Part shown: piece after piece, positions 9,838-18,807 of the stretch
How the letters are laid out: every line of letters begins with the position of its first letter
How positions within the stretch are numbered: the first letter of the stretch is position 1
Source: Spirochaetaceae bacterium
Lineage (GTDB): Bacteria; Myxococcota_A; UBA9160; UBA4427
Direction: 5' to 3'
Length of the DNA: 64,000 bases
Assembly (NCBI GenBank): GCA_020632655.1
Contig: JACKFD010000016.1
Span: forward strand, 60,753 to 124,752
Position numbers and translations under genes: made by a program
Notes under the pieces: model-generated
Told to the model about the DNA's origin: nothing
Seen by the model: only the letters and a program-made list of their open reading frames with translations
Database searches by the model: none

Positions 9838-10209
9838 CTACGACAGCACCCGTGCGCCTTCGAGGTCGAAGAAGGCCCGCATGCTCAGCACGTTGCCCGC
9901 CTCGTCGATCTCGGCCACGTCGATCACGTCGAGCTCGAGCAGCCGTCCGCCCTGCCGGACGCGCGCGATCAGAGGCACCGCGGCCTCTCGTCCCGCCACG
10001 CAGGCCGGACCCGCGACCGCGAGGGACTCGGCCAGCTCGTTGTCGCGGTAGAAGGCGCGGATCGCATCGATCCCGTCGTGCACGGGTCCGCCGACGGGGA
10101 TCTGGATCTTCGCGTTCGGGGCATAGAGGCCGACGATCGCGTCGACGTCGGTCGCGGTCACGGCGGCGGTGTAGCGGGCGAAGAGATCGTCGAAGACGGC
10201 CTTGCTCAT
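9838..10209 (-). CDS. NTF2-fold protein, ketosteroid isomerase (KSI)-like
   Basis: MSKAVFDDLFARYTAAVTATDVDAIVGLYAPNAKIQIPVGGPVHDGIDAIRAFY...NVLSMRAFFDLEG aligns without gaps to my remembered Comamonas KSI sequence. Its ATG overlaps the upstream SDR stop (ATGA at 10206-10209). Confidence 0.75.
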   Translation of the reverse strand: MSKAVFDDLFARYTAAVTATDVDAIVGLYAPNAKIQIPVGGPVHDGIDAIRAFYRDNELAESLAVAGPACVAGREAAVPLIARVRQGGRLLELDVIDVAEIDEAGNVLSMRAFFDLEGARVLS

Positions 10210-11030
10210 GCGGGACTCCCGGCCAGGGCTCGCAGCTCGGAGACGGTCGGATGGTGGGCGAGCAGGCCACCGTCGACCGGAAGGATCTGACCCGTGATGA
10301 ATTCCGCCGCCGGCGAAGCGAGGAAGACGACCGCCGCGGCGATGTCCTCGGGTCGCCCCAGGCGCGGCGCGAGGGTGCTGCCGCGGTAGATCGCGAGCGC
10401 CTCGGGTGCCACGTTCGCCTCGAGCGCCGGGGTCGCGATCACGCCGGGCGCGATCGCGTTGCAGCGGATGCCCTGCTTGCCGTACTGCGTCGCAACGGAT
10501 TGCGTGAGCGACTGGAGTCCCGCCTTCGACGCCGCGTAGGCCGTGCGCGCGAGATCCCCCGTCAGGCCCGAGGCCGAAGAGGTATTCACGATCGCGCCTC
10601 CGCCCCGCTCGAGCATGCGCGGAATCGCGTGCTTGCAGCCCAGCATCGGCCCGCGCAGGTTGACCCGCATCGTCCGATCCCAGACCTCGCAGTCGATCTC
10701 CGTCACGGTCCGATCGCGCGCCATCAAGGCCGGATCCGAGTCCGCCGCGTTGTTGTGCAGGATGTCGAGACCACCGAAGGCGTCGACCGCCGCCGCCACC
10801 ATCGCCGCGATCGACGACTCGTCCCCGACGTCGACCCGACAGGCCCGGGCCCGTCCGCCACGCGCCTCGATCTCGCCCGTGACCGCTTCCGCCCGCTCGC
10901 CGTTCAGGTCCGCGACGAGGACTGCGGCGCCGGCAGCGGAGAAGGCGAGCGCCGTCGCCCGGCCGATGCCGGACCCGGCCCCGGTCACGATCGCGACGCG
11001 ACCTTCGAGCGCGCTCGTGGACGGATTCAA
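10206..11030 (-). CDS. SDR family oxidoreductase
   Basis: TTG start at 11030 after a GAGGAG RBS. RVAIVTGAGSGIGRATA, NNAA, YAASK. Translationally coupled to the KSI-like gene. Confidence 0.85.
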   Translation of the reverse strand: MNPSTSALEGRVAIVTGAGSGIGRATALAFSAAGAAVLVADLNGERAEAVTGEIEARGGRARACRVDVGDESSIAAMVAAAVDAFGGLDILHNNAADSDPALMARDRTVTEIDCEVWDRTMRVNLRGPMLGCKHAIPRMLERGGGAIVNTSSASGLTGDLARTAYAASKAGLQSLTQSVATQYGKQGIRCNAIAPGVIATPALEANVAPEALAIYRGSTLAPRLGRPEDIAAAVVFLASPAAEFITGQILPVDGGLLAHHPTVSELRALAGSPA

Positions 11031-11129
11031 TTCGGCTCCTCTCGATGCGTTCGGGCCTCGCGCCCCGCGGCCGGCGGAGTATCGTCCCCGACGCAGCCGA
11101 TCGCCAATCCACGACCCGCCGAGGAATCC

Positions 11130-11756
11130 GTGCCCGCCGAACGCCCCCTCCTCCTCGCGACCGACGCCGACGCGACCCACGCGCTCGCGAAGGGCCTCGA
11201 CGCCGAGCTCCACGCGCTGCCCTCGCCTTCCCGGCCCGAAGTCTTCGAGGGCTGGCGCGCCGAAGTCCTGACCGGCGCCCCGCGACGCGCGATCGTCGTG
11301 GCGCCCTGGCGGACGGAGGTCGAAGCCGACCGCCTCGACGCACTCGACCTCGAGCGCTGGAAGACCCGCTTCGAGCTTCCGTTCCTGCTCTGGTGCTTCG
11401 CACTCGGCGCTGCGGGGCGTCGCTGTGCCGATGGCGGGGCGATCGTGGCGCTGGCGCAGACGCCCGCGGCGCTCGATGCGCCGGGGCTGACCCCCGAGCT
11501 GGCGATCGGCGACGGCGTGCTCTCGCTCGTCCGCTCCGTCGCAGCCGCCGAAGGCGCACGCGGCGTCCGCGCGAATCTCGTCACGACGCCGATCGGGCTC
11601 GTCGGCCCGGACGTGATCGCACCGACGCCGCCGCTCGCCGGCTTCCCCGGTCGCGTCGAGTCGCATCTGATCGGGGCCGTGCGGATGCTGCTCTCGCCGG
11701 ATGCGGCGGGACTGACGGGCCGCGCCGTCTCGGCCGACGGAGGACGATCGCTATGA
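11130..11756 (+). CDS. degenerate SDR-like protein lacking the glycine-rich and YxxxK motifs
   Basis: GTG 11130 after a GAGGA RBS, high GC3 throughout. LLLATDADATHALAKGL stands where TGxxxGxG is expected. ...GVRANLVTTP...LLSPDAAGLTGRAVSADGG keeps the SDR C-terminal signature, but no catalytic Tyr/Lys is visible. The stop overlaps the next ATG (ATGA at 11753-11756). Confidence 0.6.
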   Translation: MPAERPLLLATDADATHALAKGLDAELHALPSPSRPEVFEGWRAEVLTGAPRRAIVVAPWRTEVEADRLDALDLERWKTRFELPFLLWCFALGAAGRRCADGGAIVALAQTPAALDAPGLTPELAIGDGVLSLVRSVAAAEGARGVRANLVTTPIGLVGPDVIAPTPPLAGFPGRVESHLIGAVRMLLSPDAAGLTGRAVSADGGRSL

Positions 11757-12535
11757 CCGGGAGCGGGACGCAGGACGTCGCGGGGCGACGCACGATCGTC
11801 GTCACGGGGGCGACGGGCGGCGTCGGGCGCGGCATCGCGATCGCCTGCGGTGAAGCGGGCTGGTCGGTGTGGATCGCCGCGCGGCGCGAGCGCGAGGGTC
11901 TCGCCGTCGCGGAGGAGGTCACGACGGCCGGGGGTGTCGGGCATTTCGTCGCCTGCGACGCCGGGGATCCGACCTCGGTCGAGCACGCGATCGCGACCGT
12001 GCTCGCGCAGGACGGGCGGATCGACGGCGTCTGCCACAACGCGACGAGCGGCCTCTCGCCCGTACCCGTCGCCTTGTCGGAGGTCTCGCTGGCCGACTTC
12101 CAGGACCACGTGAACGTCGCCCTGCGCGCCGCCTGGGCCCTTGCCCGGAGCTGCCACGACGCGCTGGCCGCGACGCGCGGATCGATGTTGATCCTGACCT
12201 CGGAGGCGGGCTTCGAGGGCAAGGCGAAGCTGCCGCCCTACGCCGGCGTGAAGGGGGCACAGCGCGGCTTCGCTCGCGCACTGGCGCGCGAGTGGGGACG
12301 GGACGGGATCCGCGTCAATGCCCTCGCGCCGCTGGCGTCGACGCCGGCGATGGAGACGGCCTTCGAGCTCGATCCGGCGATGGCGTCCCGCGTACTGAAC
12401 CGCAACCCGCTCGGGCGGCTCGGCGACGCGACCGAGGACATCGGCCGTGCCGCGCGCTTCCTGCTCTCGGACGACGCACGCTACGTGAGCGGCCATACCC
12501 TCATGGTCGACGGCGGGAGCTGTCCGGCGATCTGA
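11753..12535 (+). CDS. SDR family oxidoreductase (catalytically complete partner)
   Basis: TIVVTGATGGVGRGIA, YAGVK, GHTLMVDGG. 260 aa. Confidence 0.85.
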   Translation: MTGSGTQDVAGRRTIVVTGATGGVGRGIAIACGEAGWSVWIAARREREGLAVAEEVTTAGGVGHFVACDAGDPTSVEHAIATVLAQDGRIDGVCHNATSGLSPVPVALSEVSLADFQDHVNVALRAAWALARSCHDALAATRGSMLILTSEAGFEGKAKLPPYAGVKGAQRGFARALAREWGRDGIRVNALAPLASTPAMETAFELDPAMASRVLNRNPLGRLGDATEDIGRAARFLLSDDARYVSGHTLMVDGGSCPAI

Positions 12536-12572
12536 GACGCGTCCCGCCTGCGGACGAGCGCGCCCGGCGCGA

Positions 12573-13808
12573 CTAACCGCGCTTCGTGATCGAGACCGGC
12601 AGGTGCTCGGGGCCGTATTCCTGCAGGTGGTTCACGCACTCCCACTCGAAGTCGGGCGCGAGCTCGATGCGATGGCCGTCGAGCACGGCGAGCAGCTCCT
12701 CGAGCGCGATCGTGCCGACCTGCCGCGTCAGATGGTTGCCGAGGCAGATGTGCGGGCCGATGCCGAAGCCGAGGTGCTCGGGGGGATCGACCCGATCGAG
12801 GCGGAACGAGTCGGCGTCGTCGTAGACGAGCTCGTCGCGATTGGCAGATGCGATGTGGCACATGATGTGCTCGCCGGCGTAGACCGGAACGCCGCCGATC
12901 TCCGTGTCCTCCCGCGCCGTGCGCATCAGGAAGGCGACGGGCGCCTCGAGTCGCATCGACTCGTCGACGGCGCGCAGGCAGTTCGCCGGATCCGCACGCA
13001 GCGCGCGCTCGAAGCCTGCGTCGGTCAGCAACCGGTAGATCAGGTTGCCGAGCATGTAGCTCGCCGACAGCGAGCCGGCGAGGATGTTCACGACGAGGGT
13101 GCGATTGTGGTGGGCCCCGATCTCCCAGCCTTCTTCGTCCCGGAAGCGCACCATCAGGCCGAGCAGGTCGTCGGGCGCGTCGCCGCCTCCGCCCTCGCGC
13201 AGGCGGATCTGCTCGTCGATCAGCCCGGCGAGCTCCGGGAAGGAGCCGGCGATGCCTTCGCCGCGCTCGGTCCTGCCCGTGGTCGGCCAGGTGCTGTGCA
13301 GCAGCTCGTCGCAGAGCGCCATCACCCGGTCGTGCAGCGCGTCCGGGATGCCGAGCGAGTGCGCAGAGATCGAGCCCGGCAGCGGGATCGAGAACTCGTT
13401 CATCAGGTCGCCGCCGCCCCGGGAGACGAGCCCCGCGAGCCGGCGCTTCACTTCGCCGCGGGTCCAGGGCCCGACCGCCGCCGCCTGGCTTCGCGTGAAG
13501 CCCTTCAGCAGCACGCGACGGATCTTCGGATGGAGCGGCGCGTCGAGCTCGCCGAGGAAGCTCTCCTCGGTCGGCACGACGACGCCGGGCGCGCGCATGT
13601 CACCCACGCTCGAGAAGCGCTTCGAGTCGCGGAAGACCCGCGCCGTATCCTCGTAGCGCGTCGTCAGCACGACGTTCGGCGCCGGACGGCAGACGGGCTT
13701 CTCGCGACGGATCTTCGCCATCCGTTCGAAGTCCTTCGCCTGGCGCGGATCGGTCGGATCGAAGGCAAAGGCCTCGTCGACGGGCTGGGGCGTTCTCGGG
13801 CTGCTCAT
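12573..13808 (-). CDS. cytochrome P450
   Basis: MSSPRTPQPVDEAFAFDPTDP..., EXXR (ESMRLEAP), heme loop LGFGIGPHICLGNHL. The real part is the C-terminal 411 aa of track ORF 12573-13973. Confidence 0.9.
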   Translation of the reverse strand: MSSPRTPQPVDEAFAFDPTDPRQAKDFERMAKIRREKPVCRPAPNVVLTTRYEDTARVFRDSKRFSSVGDMRAPGVVVPTEESFLGELDAPLHPKIRRVLLKGFTRSQAAAVGPWTRGEVKRRLAGLVSRGGGDLMNEFSIPLPGSISAHSLGIPDALHDRVMALCDELLHSTWPTTGRTERGEGIAGSFPELAGLIDEQIRLREGGGGDAPDDLLGLMVRFRDEEGWEIGAHHNRTLVVNILAGSLSASYMLGNLIYRLLTDAGFERALRADPANCLRAVDESMRLEAPVAFLMRTAREDTEIGGVPVYAGEHIMCHIASANRDELVYDDADSFRLDRVDPPEHLGFGIGPHICLGNHLTRQVGTIALEELLAVLDGHRIELAPDFEWECVNHLQEYGPEHLPVSITKRG

Positions 13809-13815
13809 CGCTTCT

Positions 13816-15018
13816 TCATCCTCGGTGCGCCCCGACCTCGACGGGCGCGTGCGCCACGCCGCGGGTCGGGACGAGCTGGTTGCGGACGATGCCGGACTCG
13901 TCGATCGCGTAGTCGGGCGCCCGATCGAGCAGCGCGTGCAGGGCCACCCGCGTCTCGAGCCTCGCCACGGCATTGCCCAGACAGAAGTGGATGCCGTGCC
14001 CGAAGGTCCAATGACTCTTCACGTCGCGGTCGAGATCGAGCACGTCGGGCCGCTCGAAGACCCGCTCGTCGTGATTCGCGGAGCCGTAGCAGAGGAGCAC
14101 CTGGTCGCCGGCCGGGATCGTCAGCCCACCGATCTCCACGTCGCGCGTCGTCGCGCGCGCGAGCCCCTGGACCGGCGACACGAAGCGCAGGATCTCCTCG
14201 ACCGCATGCCCCCATCGCCCCGGATCCGCCACCAGCTTCGACCGCTCGTCCGGGAATCGCGCCAGCTCGATGATCCCGTTCGCGATCATGTTCATGGTCG
14301 TGTTCTGCGACGCGTCGTGGAGCAGCGAGCAGAAGCCCCCGATCTCCTCGTCCGAGAGCTCCTGGCCCTGCGTCTGGTTGTGCAGGATCTGCGAGATCAG
14401 ATCGCGACCGGGCCGCTGTCGCCGCTCGGCCACGAGGTCCGTCCAGTAGCGCTCCATCTCGGCGTAGGCCGCGAGCGCGGCCGGGCTCGTGAAGTCACCC
14501 CCCGCCAGCGTGTCGAGGTTCCACTTCAGGAACTGCTCGCGATCCGCGAGCGGCAGGTCGAGCAGCTCGCACATCGTGATCGTCGGGATCAGCTGCGAGT
14601 ACTCCGTCGACGCATCGAATCGCCCGGCCCCGACGACCCGATCGAGGATCTCGTCCGCCGAGCGCCGCACGTGCGACTCGAGGCTCGCGACCCGTGCCGG
14701 CGTGAGCACCCGCGCCAGGATCGCGCGCAGCTCGTCGTGCCGAGGCGGATCCATGTTGAACATGTTGGGCGGGATGAGCGAGATGTCCGTGTCGATCAGC
14801 GTCCCCCGCGCCGAGGAGAAGGTCCGCCAGTCGAGCAGCGCCGCGTCCACGTCCGCCGCCCGCGTGAGCAGCCAGTAGTGCGGCCAGACCCGGGCCTCCG
14901 CCGTCGGTCGCCGCCAGGCCGGCGCCTCGTCCCGCAACACCTTCCAATAGGGGTAGGGATCGTCGTAGAAACGCGGGTCGAAGGGGTCGAAGTCGAAGTC
15001 CTGAGGCAGCGGGCTCAT
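13816..15018 (-). CDS. cytochrome P450
   Basis: MSPLPQDFDFDPFDPRFYDDPYPYWKVLRDEAP..., I-helix region LLHDASQNTT, EILRFVSP, heme loop WTFGHGIHFCLGNAV. The ATG overlaps the stop of the upstream amidohydrolase (ATGA). Confidence 0.9.
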   Translation of the reverse strand: MSPLPQDFDFDPFDPRFYDDPYPYWKVLRDEAPAWRRPTAEARVWPHYWLLTRAADVDAALLDWRTFSSARGTLIDTDISLIPPNMFNMDPPRHDELRAILARVLTPARVASLESHVRRSADEILDRVVGAGRFDASTEYSQLIPTITMCELLDLPLADREQFLKWNLDTLAGGDFTSPAALAAYAEMERYWTDLVAERRQRPGRDLISQILHNQTQGQELSDEEIGGFCSLLHDASQNTTMNMIANGIIELARFPDERSKLVADPGRWGHAVEEILRFVSPVQGLARATTRDVEIGGLTIPAGDQVLLCYGSANHDERVFERPDVLDLDRDVKSHWTFGHGIHFCLGNAVARLETRVALHALLDRAPDYAIDESGIVRNQLVPTRGVAHAPVEVGAHRG

Positions 15019-16682
15019 CGCCGGATCACCTTCCCGGCCCGTCGGCCGACGTGTTCGTCGTGCTCGAGGATCGTCTCCCCGTTGCAGATCGTCGCACGGT
15101 AGCCCCGCGCGCGCTGGATGAAACGACCCGCGCCGCCCGGGAAGTCGTGTACGAACTCCGGCATGGACTCGCCGAGACGAGCGAGGTCGATCACGTTCAC
15201 GTCGGCCTTGCGACCGGGGGCGAGCACGCCGCGGTCCGATAGCCCGATCACCCGCGCCGGCGCCGAGCTCAGCCGGCGCACCGCCTCCTCGATCGGGAAG
15301 AGCCCCTCGTCCCGCACCCAATGCGAGAGGACGAAGGTGCTGACGCCCCCGTCCATCACCTGGCCGACGTGCGCGCCGGCGTCGCTGAGGCCCGGGAAGA
15401 CGTCGCCCCGGGAGATCAGGTCGGCGACGGCCCGCAGGTTCGGGTTGAACATCCGGAGCACGAAGAGCGCGCGGCCGCGGGACTCGCGGCTCATGCGCAG
15501 GAAGGTCGCGGCCTTCGTCTCCCCCGCCTCGCGCGCGAGGGTCTCGAGATCGCTCGCTTCGTCGAAGCGGTAGTTCGGGCTCTCGCCGTCGCCGAGCCAG
15601 TAGAGCGGGATGCGCGCCTTCGCGAAGTAGCCCGTGTCCTGCTCGGCGTCCGCGACGAGCCCTTCGACGAAGTCGGCATCGTCGAGGGCCGCGAGCCGAC
15701 CGGCGAAGTCGAGCTTCGCGAGCTCGACCCAGCGCCCGTGCTGCCAGGGCAGCGTGTTGACGAGCCCGGCCACGAAGCCCGAGCCGCGCGGGATCGCGAT
15801 CCCGCTCACGTCGAGACCCTCGGCGCGCATCTCGGCGATCCGGTCCGTGAACAGCCGCCCCGAGGCGTCCGAGCGCCCGGCCGTGATGCTGAAGAGCACG
15901 CGATCGCCGCTCGCCCGGGCCTCCTCGCGGATCAGATCGAGCTCGCCCTCGAAGTCGCCGGCGAGGTTCAGCACGTTCTGCATCAGCCCGCCTCCCGCCG
16001 CCTTCACCGCCTGCGCGATGCGTACGAGCTCGGCGTGCTCGGCGTGGGTGCCGGGCACGGCCCGACCGTCCGGCAGGAAATGGCCGATGATGCGGGAGGT
16101 CGAGAAGCCGACGGCGCCCTCGGCGACCGAGCGACCGACGACCGCAGCCATCTGCTCGAGCTCGCGCGCGGTCGGCTGCTCGTCGACGGCGCGCTCGCCC
16201 ATCACGTAGAAGCGCACGGCGCAATGGCCGACGAGTCCGGCGACGTTGATGGCGGGGGCGAGTCCTTCGATCGCGTCGAGGTAGCCGCCGTAGCCCTCCC
16301 AGGTCCAGGGCAGTCCGCGGAGGATCGCGTCGGCCGGGATGTCCTCGACCGTCTCCATCATGTTCGCGAGTGTCGCCGCATCGCCCTCGCGCACGGGGGC
16401 GAAGGTGACGCCGCAGTTGCCGATCAACGCGCTCGTCACGCCGTGCCAGCTGATCGGCGTGAGCCAGGGATCCCAGCCGATCTGCGCGTCGAGGTGCGTG
16501 TGGATGTCGACGAAGCCCGGCGTGACGTGATGGCCCGAGGCGTCGATCTCGCGCCGACCGGGCTCATCGACCGATCCGACGGCGCTGATCGTGTCGCCGT
16601 CGATCGCGAGGTCGCCGCGGAAGGGGGCAGCTCCCGTCCCGTCGACGAGCAGGCCGTTTCGGATGACGAGATCGTGGGCCAT
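15015..16682 (-). CDS. amidohydrolase, N-acyl-D-amino-acid deacylase (D-aminoacylase) family
   Basis: MAHDLVIRNGLLVDGTGAAPFRGDLAIDGDTISAVG...[12 protein letters not shown] metal-binding motif. 555 aa. Confidence 0.85.
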   Translation of the reverse strand: MAHDLVIRNGLLVDGTGAAPFRGDLAIDGDTISAVGSVDEPGRREIDASGHHVTPGFVDIHTHLDAQIGWDPWLTPISWHGVTSALIGNCGVTFAPVREGDAATLANMMETVEDIPADAILRGLPWTWEGYGGYLDAIEGLAPAINVAGLVGHCAVRFYVMGERAVDEQPTARELEQMAAVVGRSVAEGAVGFSTSRIIGHFLPDGRAVPGTHAEHAELVRIAQAVKAAGGGLMQNVLNLAGDFEGELDLIREEARASGDRVLFSITAGRSDASGRLFTDRIAEMRAEGLDVSGIAIPRGSGFVAGLVNTLPWQHGRWVELAKLDFAGRLAALDDADFVEGLVADAEQDTGYFAKARIPLYWLGDGESPNYRFDEASDLETLAREAGETKAATFLRMSRESRGRALFVLRMFNPNLRAVADLISRGDVFPGLSDAGAHVGQVMDGGVSTFVLSHWVRDEGLFPIEEAVRRLSSAPARVIGLSDRGVLAPGRKADVNVIDLARLGESMPEFVHDFPGGAGRFIQRARGYRATICNGETILEHDEHVGRRAGKVIRR

Positions 16683-16768
16683 GGACGCGCCTCCTGCGTT
16701 TCCGTCTGGACGGGTCGATTCGCGACCCGTCGATCATACAAGCGGACGAGGACCCGGGTCGACGGCCG

Positions 16769-18022
16769 TCAGACCGCCGGCGGCCGCTGCGGGACGCGCA
16801 GGAAGGCGACGAGGCCGAGCGCCACGACCAGGACCGCGATGAAGACCTGCAGGACGGGCACGTAGCTCCCCGTCGCCTCGCGGATCGCGCCGGCGACCGT
16901 GTAGCCCGGTGCGACGAGAAGACCGATCACGGGCCCCATCAAGCCCATCACCTGACCGAAGCGCGCCACGCCGAAGACCGCCGCGACGAGCGCACCCCAG
17001 ACGGGCAGCATGCCGCCGCTCGAGATGCCGAGCAGGACGGCACCGAGGCTGAGTCCGATGCCGGTCGGCTCGCTGGCGAAGACGAGGTGTGCCGAGATCG
17101 TGGCGAGGATCGCCCCCGCCAGCGCGAGGCGGAGCGGTACCCGATCGAGCAGCTCGCCCATCACCAGCTTGGAGAGCAGTCCCGCCCCCGCCAGCAGCGA
17201 CATCAGGTGCTTGCTCTGCTGCACGTCGACGCCGAGGTCCTTGGCGAAGGCGCCGAGGTTGGCGAGCACGGCGGTGTAGCCCGTGATGAAGAAGGCGAGC
17301 GCCAGGGTGAGCATCCAGAAGTCGGGTCGCCGAACGATCTCGACGTAGCCCGCGAGCACACTCGTCTGCACGCTCGACGGCGCGCCCGGCGCCGGGCCTC
17401 GAGACGTCGCCGCGGAGGGCGTCGTCCCGCCGGCCGGTGCGTGCACCGGAGCCGACTCCGGGTGGTCACGGAATCGGAAGATCAGCAAAGGGACGAGGAT
17501 CACGAGGACCGCCGCGGCCAGCACCTGCAGCGACGCCCGCCAGCCGACCGCCGCGAAGCCCGCACCGAGCAGCTGCGGCACGAGCATGCCGCCGACGGAG
17601 GTACCCGCCGCCGAGATCCCGAGCGCCCGCCCGCGATTCTCCTGGAACCAGCGCGCCACGATCGCCGAGCCCGTCGTCGGGCCGAGCAGCACGGTGGCGG
17701 AGCCGAGCAGTACGGCCGTCGTGGCGACGAAGGCGATCGCACCCTGCGCGATCGACATCCCGAAGAGGGCCCCCGCGAGCGCCCCGACCCCGATCAGCAT
17801 GAGCCCGCGGACGGACCAGCGATCGACCAGCGGCCCCACCACCAGCGGCAGCCCGAGCCCGAGCAGCCCCCCCAGCGTGAGCGCCAGGTTCATCGTCACG
17901 AGATCCGCCTCGAGGTCCGCCGCGACGACCGGCACGAGCAGCGGCCACCCGTAGGTGTGGAAGCCGATCATGAAGACCTGGACGACGAAGTAGGTCCCGA
18001 CGATCCACCAGCCGAAGTACAT
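16769..18022 (-). CDS. MFS transporter
   Basis: 417 aa, about 12 hydrophobic segments, DRWSVRG-type loop after TM2. Confidence 0.85.
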   Translation of the reverse strand: MYFGWWIVGTYFVVQVFMIGFHTYGWPLLVPVVAADLEADLVTMNLALTLGGLLGLGLPLVVGPLVDRWSVRGLMLIGVGALAGALFGMSIAQGAIAFVATTAVLLGSATVLLGPTTGSAIVARWFQENRGRALGISAAGTSVGGMLVPQLLGAGFAAVGWRASLQVLAAAVLVILVPLLIFRFRDHPESAPVHAPAGGTTPSAATSRGPAPGAPSSVQTSVLAGYVEIVRRPDFWMLTLALAFFITGYTAVLANLGAFAKDLGVDVQQSKHLMSLLAGAGLLSKLVMGELLDRVPLRLALAGAILATISAHLVFASEPTGIGLSLGAVLLGISSGGMLPVWGALVAAVFGVARFGQVMGLMGPVIGLLVAPGYTVAGAIREATGSYVPVLQVFIAVLVVALGLVAFLRVPQRPPAV

Positions 18023-18101
18023 GCGCGCCGTCCCCCGCCCCGGGAGCGAGGCCTCCCGACGCTAGCGCCTCGGGGTCCACGAGCGCAGGACGCCAGGCGG
18101 G

Positions 18102-18563
18102 TCAGCGCGTGCGATCGTCGATCGACGAAGGCGCCGGAGTCGAAGTCGGAACGGGACGTAGATGCGGGGGATAGGGATTCGCCGGCGCCGCTTCGCCGGC
18201 GGAGCACGCCGCATCCGTCGGCGTCGCGGCCGGCACCCTGGCTCGCGAGAGGGCGATGGACATGTCGAGGGCGCCGACCACAACGGCCCCGTCGTGCAGC
18301 ACGACCCGCGGCGCCCGCACGTCGCCCCCGATCACGCCCCCGGCGACGACCTCGACGAGATCGCGGGCGACGACCGAGCCCATCACCCGACCCAGGACGA
18401 CGACGACGTCCGCTTCGACGTCGGCCTTCACCCGGGCCTCGGGTCCGATCGTGACGCGATGCTCGGCGCCGCGGACGTGTCCCTCGACCGCCCCGAGGAT
18501 CTCGAGGTCCTCCGCCGCCACGATGCGGCCCTGGATCGTCGTCTCGCGGCCGATGCGCGCCAT
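18102..18563 (-). CDS. bactofilin (polymer-forming cytoskeletal protein) with a Pro-rich tail
   Basis: Repetitive beta-helix pattern: IQGRIVAAEDLEILGAVEGHVRGAEHRVTIGPEARVKADVEADVVVVLGRVMGSVVARDLVEVVAGGVIGGDVRAPRVVLHDGAVVVG. Confidence 0.8.
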   Translation of the reverse strand: MARIGRETTIQGRIVAAEDLEILGAVEGHVRGAEHRVTIGPEARVKADVEADVVVVLGRVMGSVVARDLVEVVAGGVIGGDVRAPRVVLHDGAVVVGALDMSIALSRARVPAATPTDAACSAGEAAPANPYPPHLRPVPTSTPAPSSIDDRTR

Positions 18564-18761
18564 CCACTCGCCTCCGCCCGGGACGCGCCGGGGCGGCGCG
18601 CACGCAGGGACTCGAGGAGTGAGTGGGGCGTCGCGCGGCAGCGTGACGGATCGCGCGCGCGCCGACGCGGGACGGCGCGCCTTTGCCGATCGGATGCGAC
18701 GGACCCGCGCGCGCCTTGCCGGGCCGGCCGGCGCAGCGGGCGGCCCGGAGCGCTCCCCCGA

Positions 18762-18781
18762 GCCCGGGCCCGGGCCCGGGC
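18762..18781 (-). terminator. GC palindrome (CCCGGG)x3 downstream of gene 18808-19932, possible terminator hairpin
   Basis: GCCCGGGCCCGGGCCCGGGC is self-complementary and lies 27 nt past the stop codon. No U-tract follows. Confidence 0.3.
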
Positions 18782-18807
18782 CGGAGCGCCGATCGCGCGA
18801 ACGGCCG

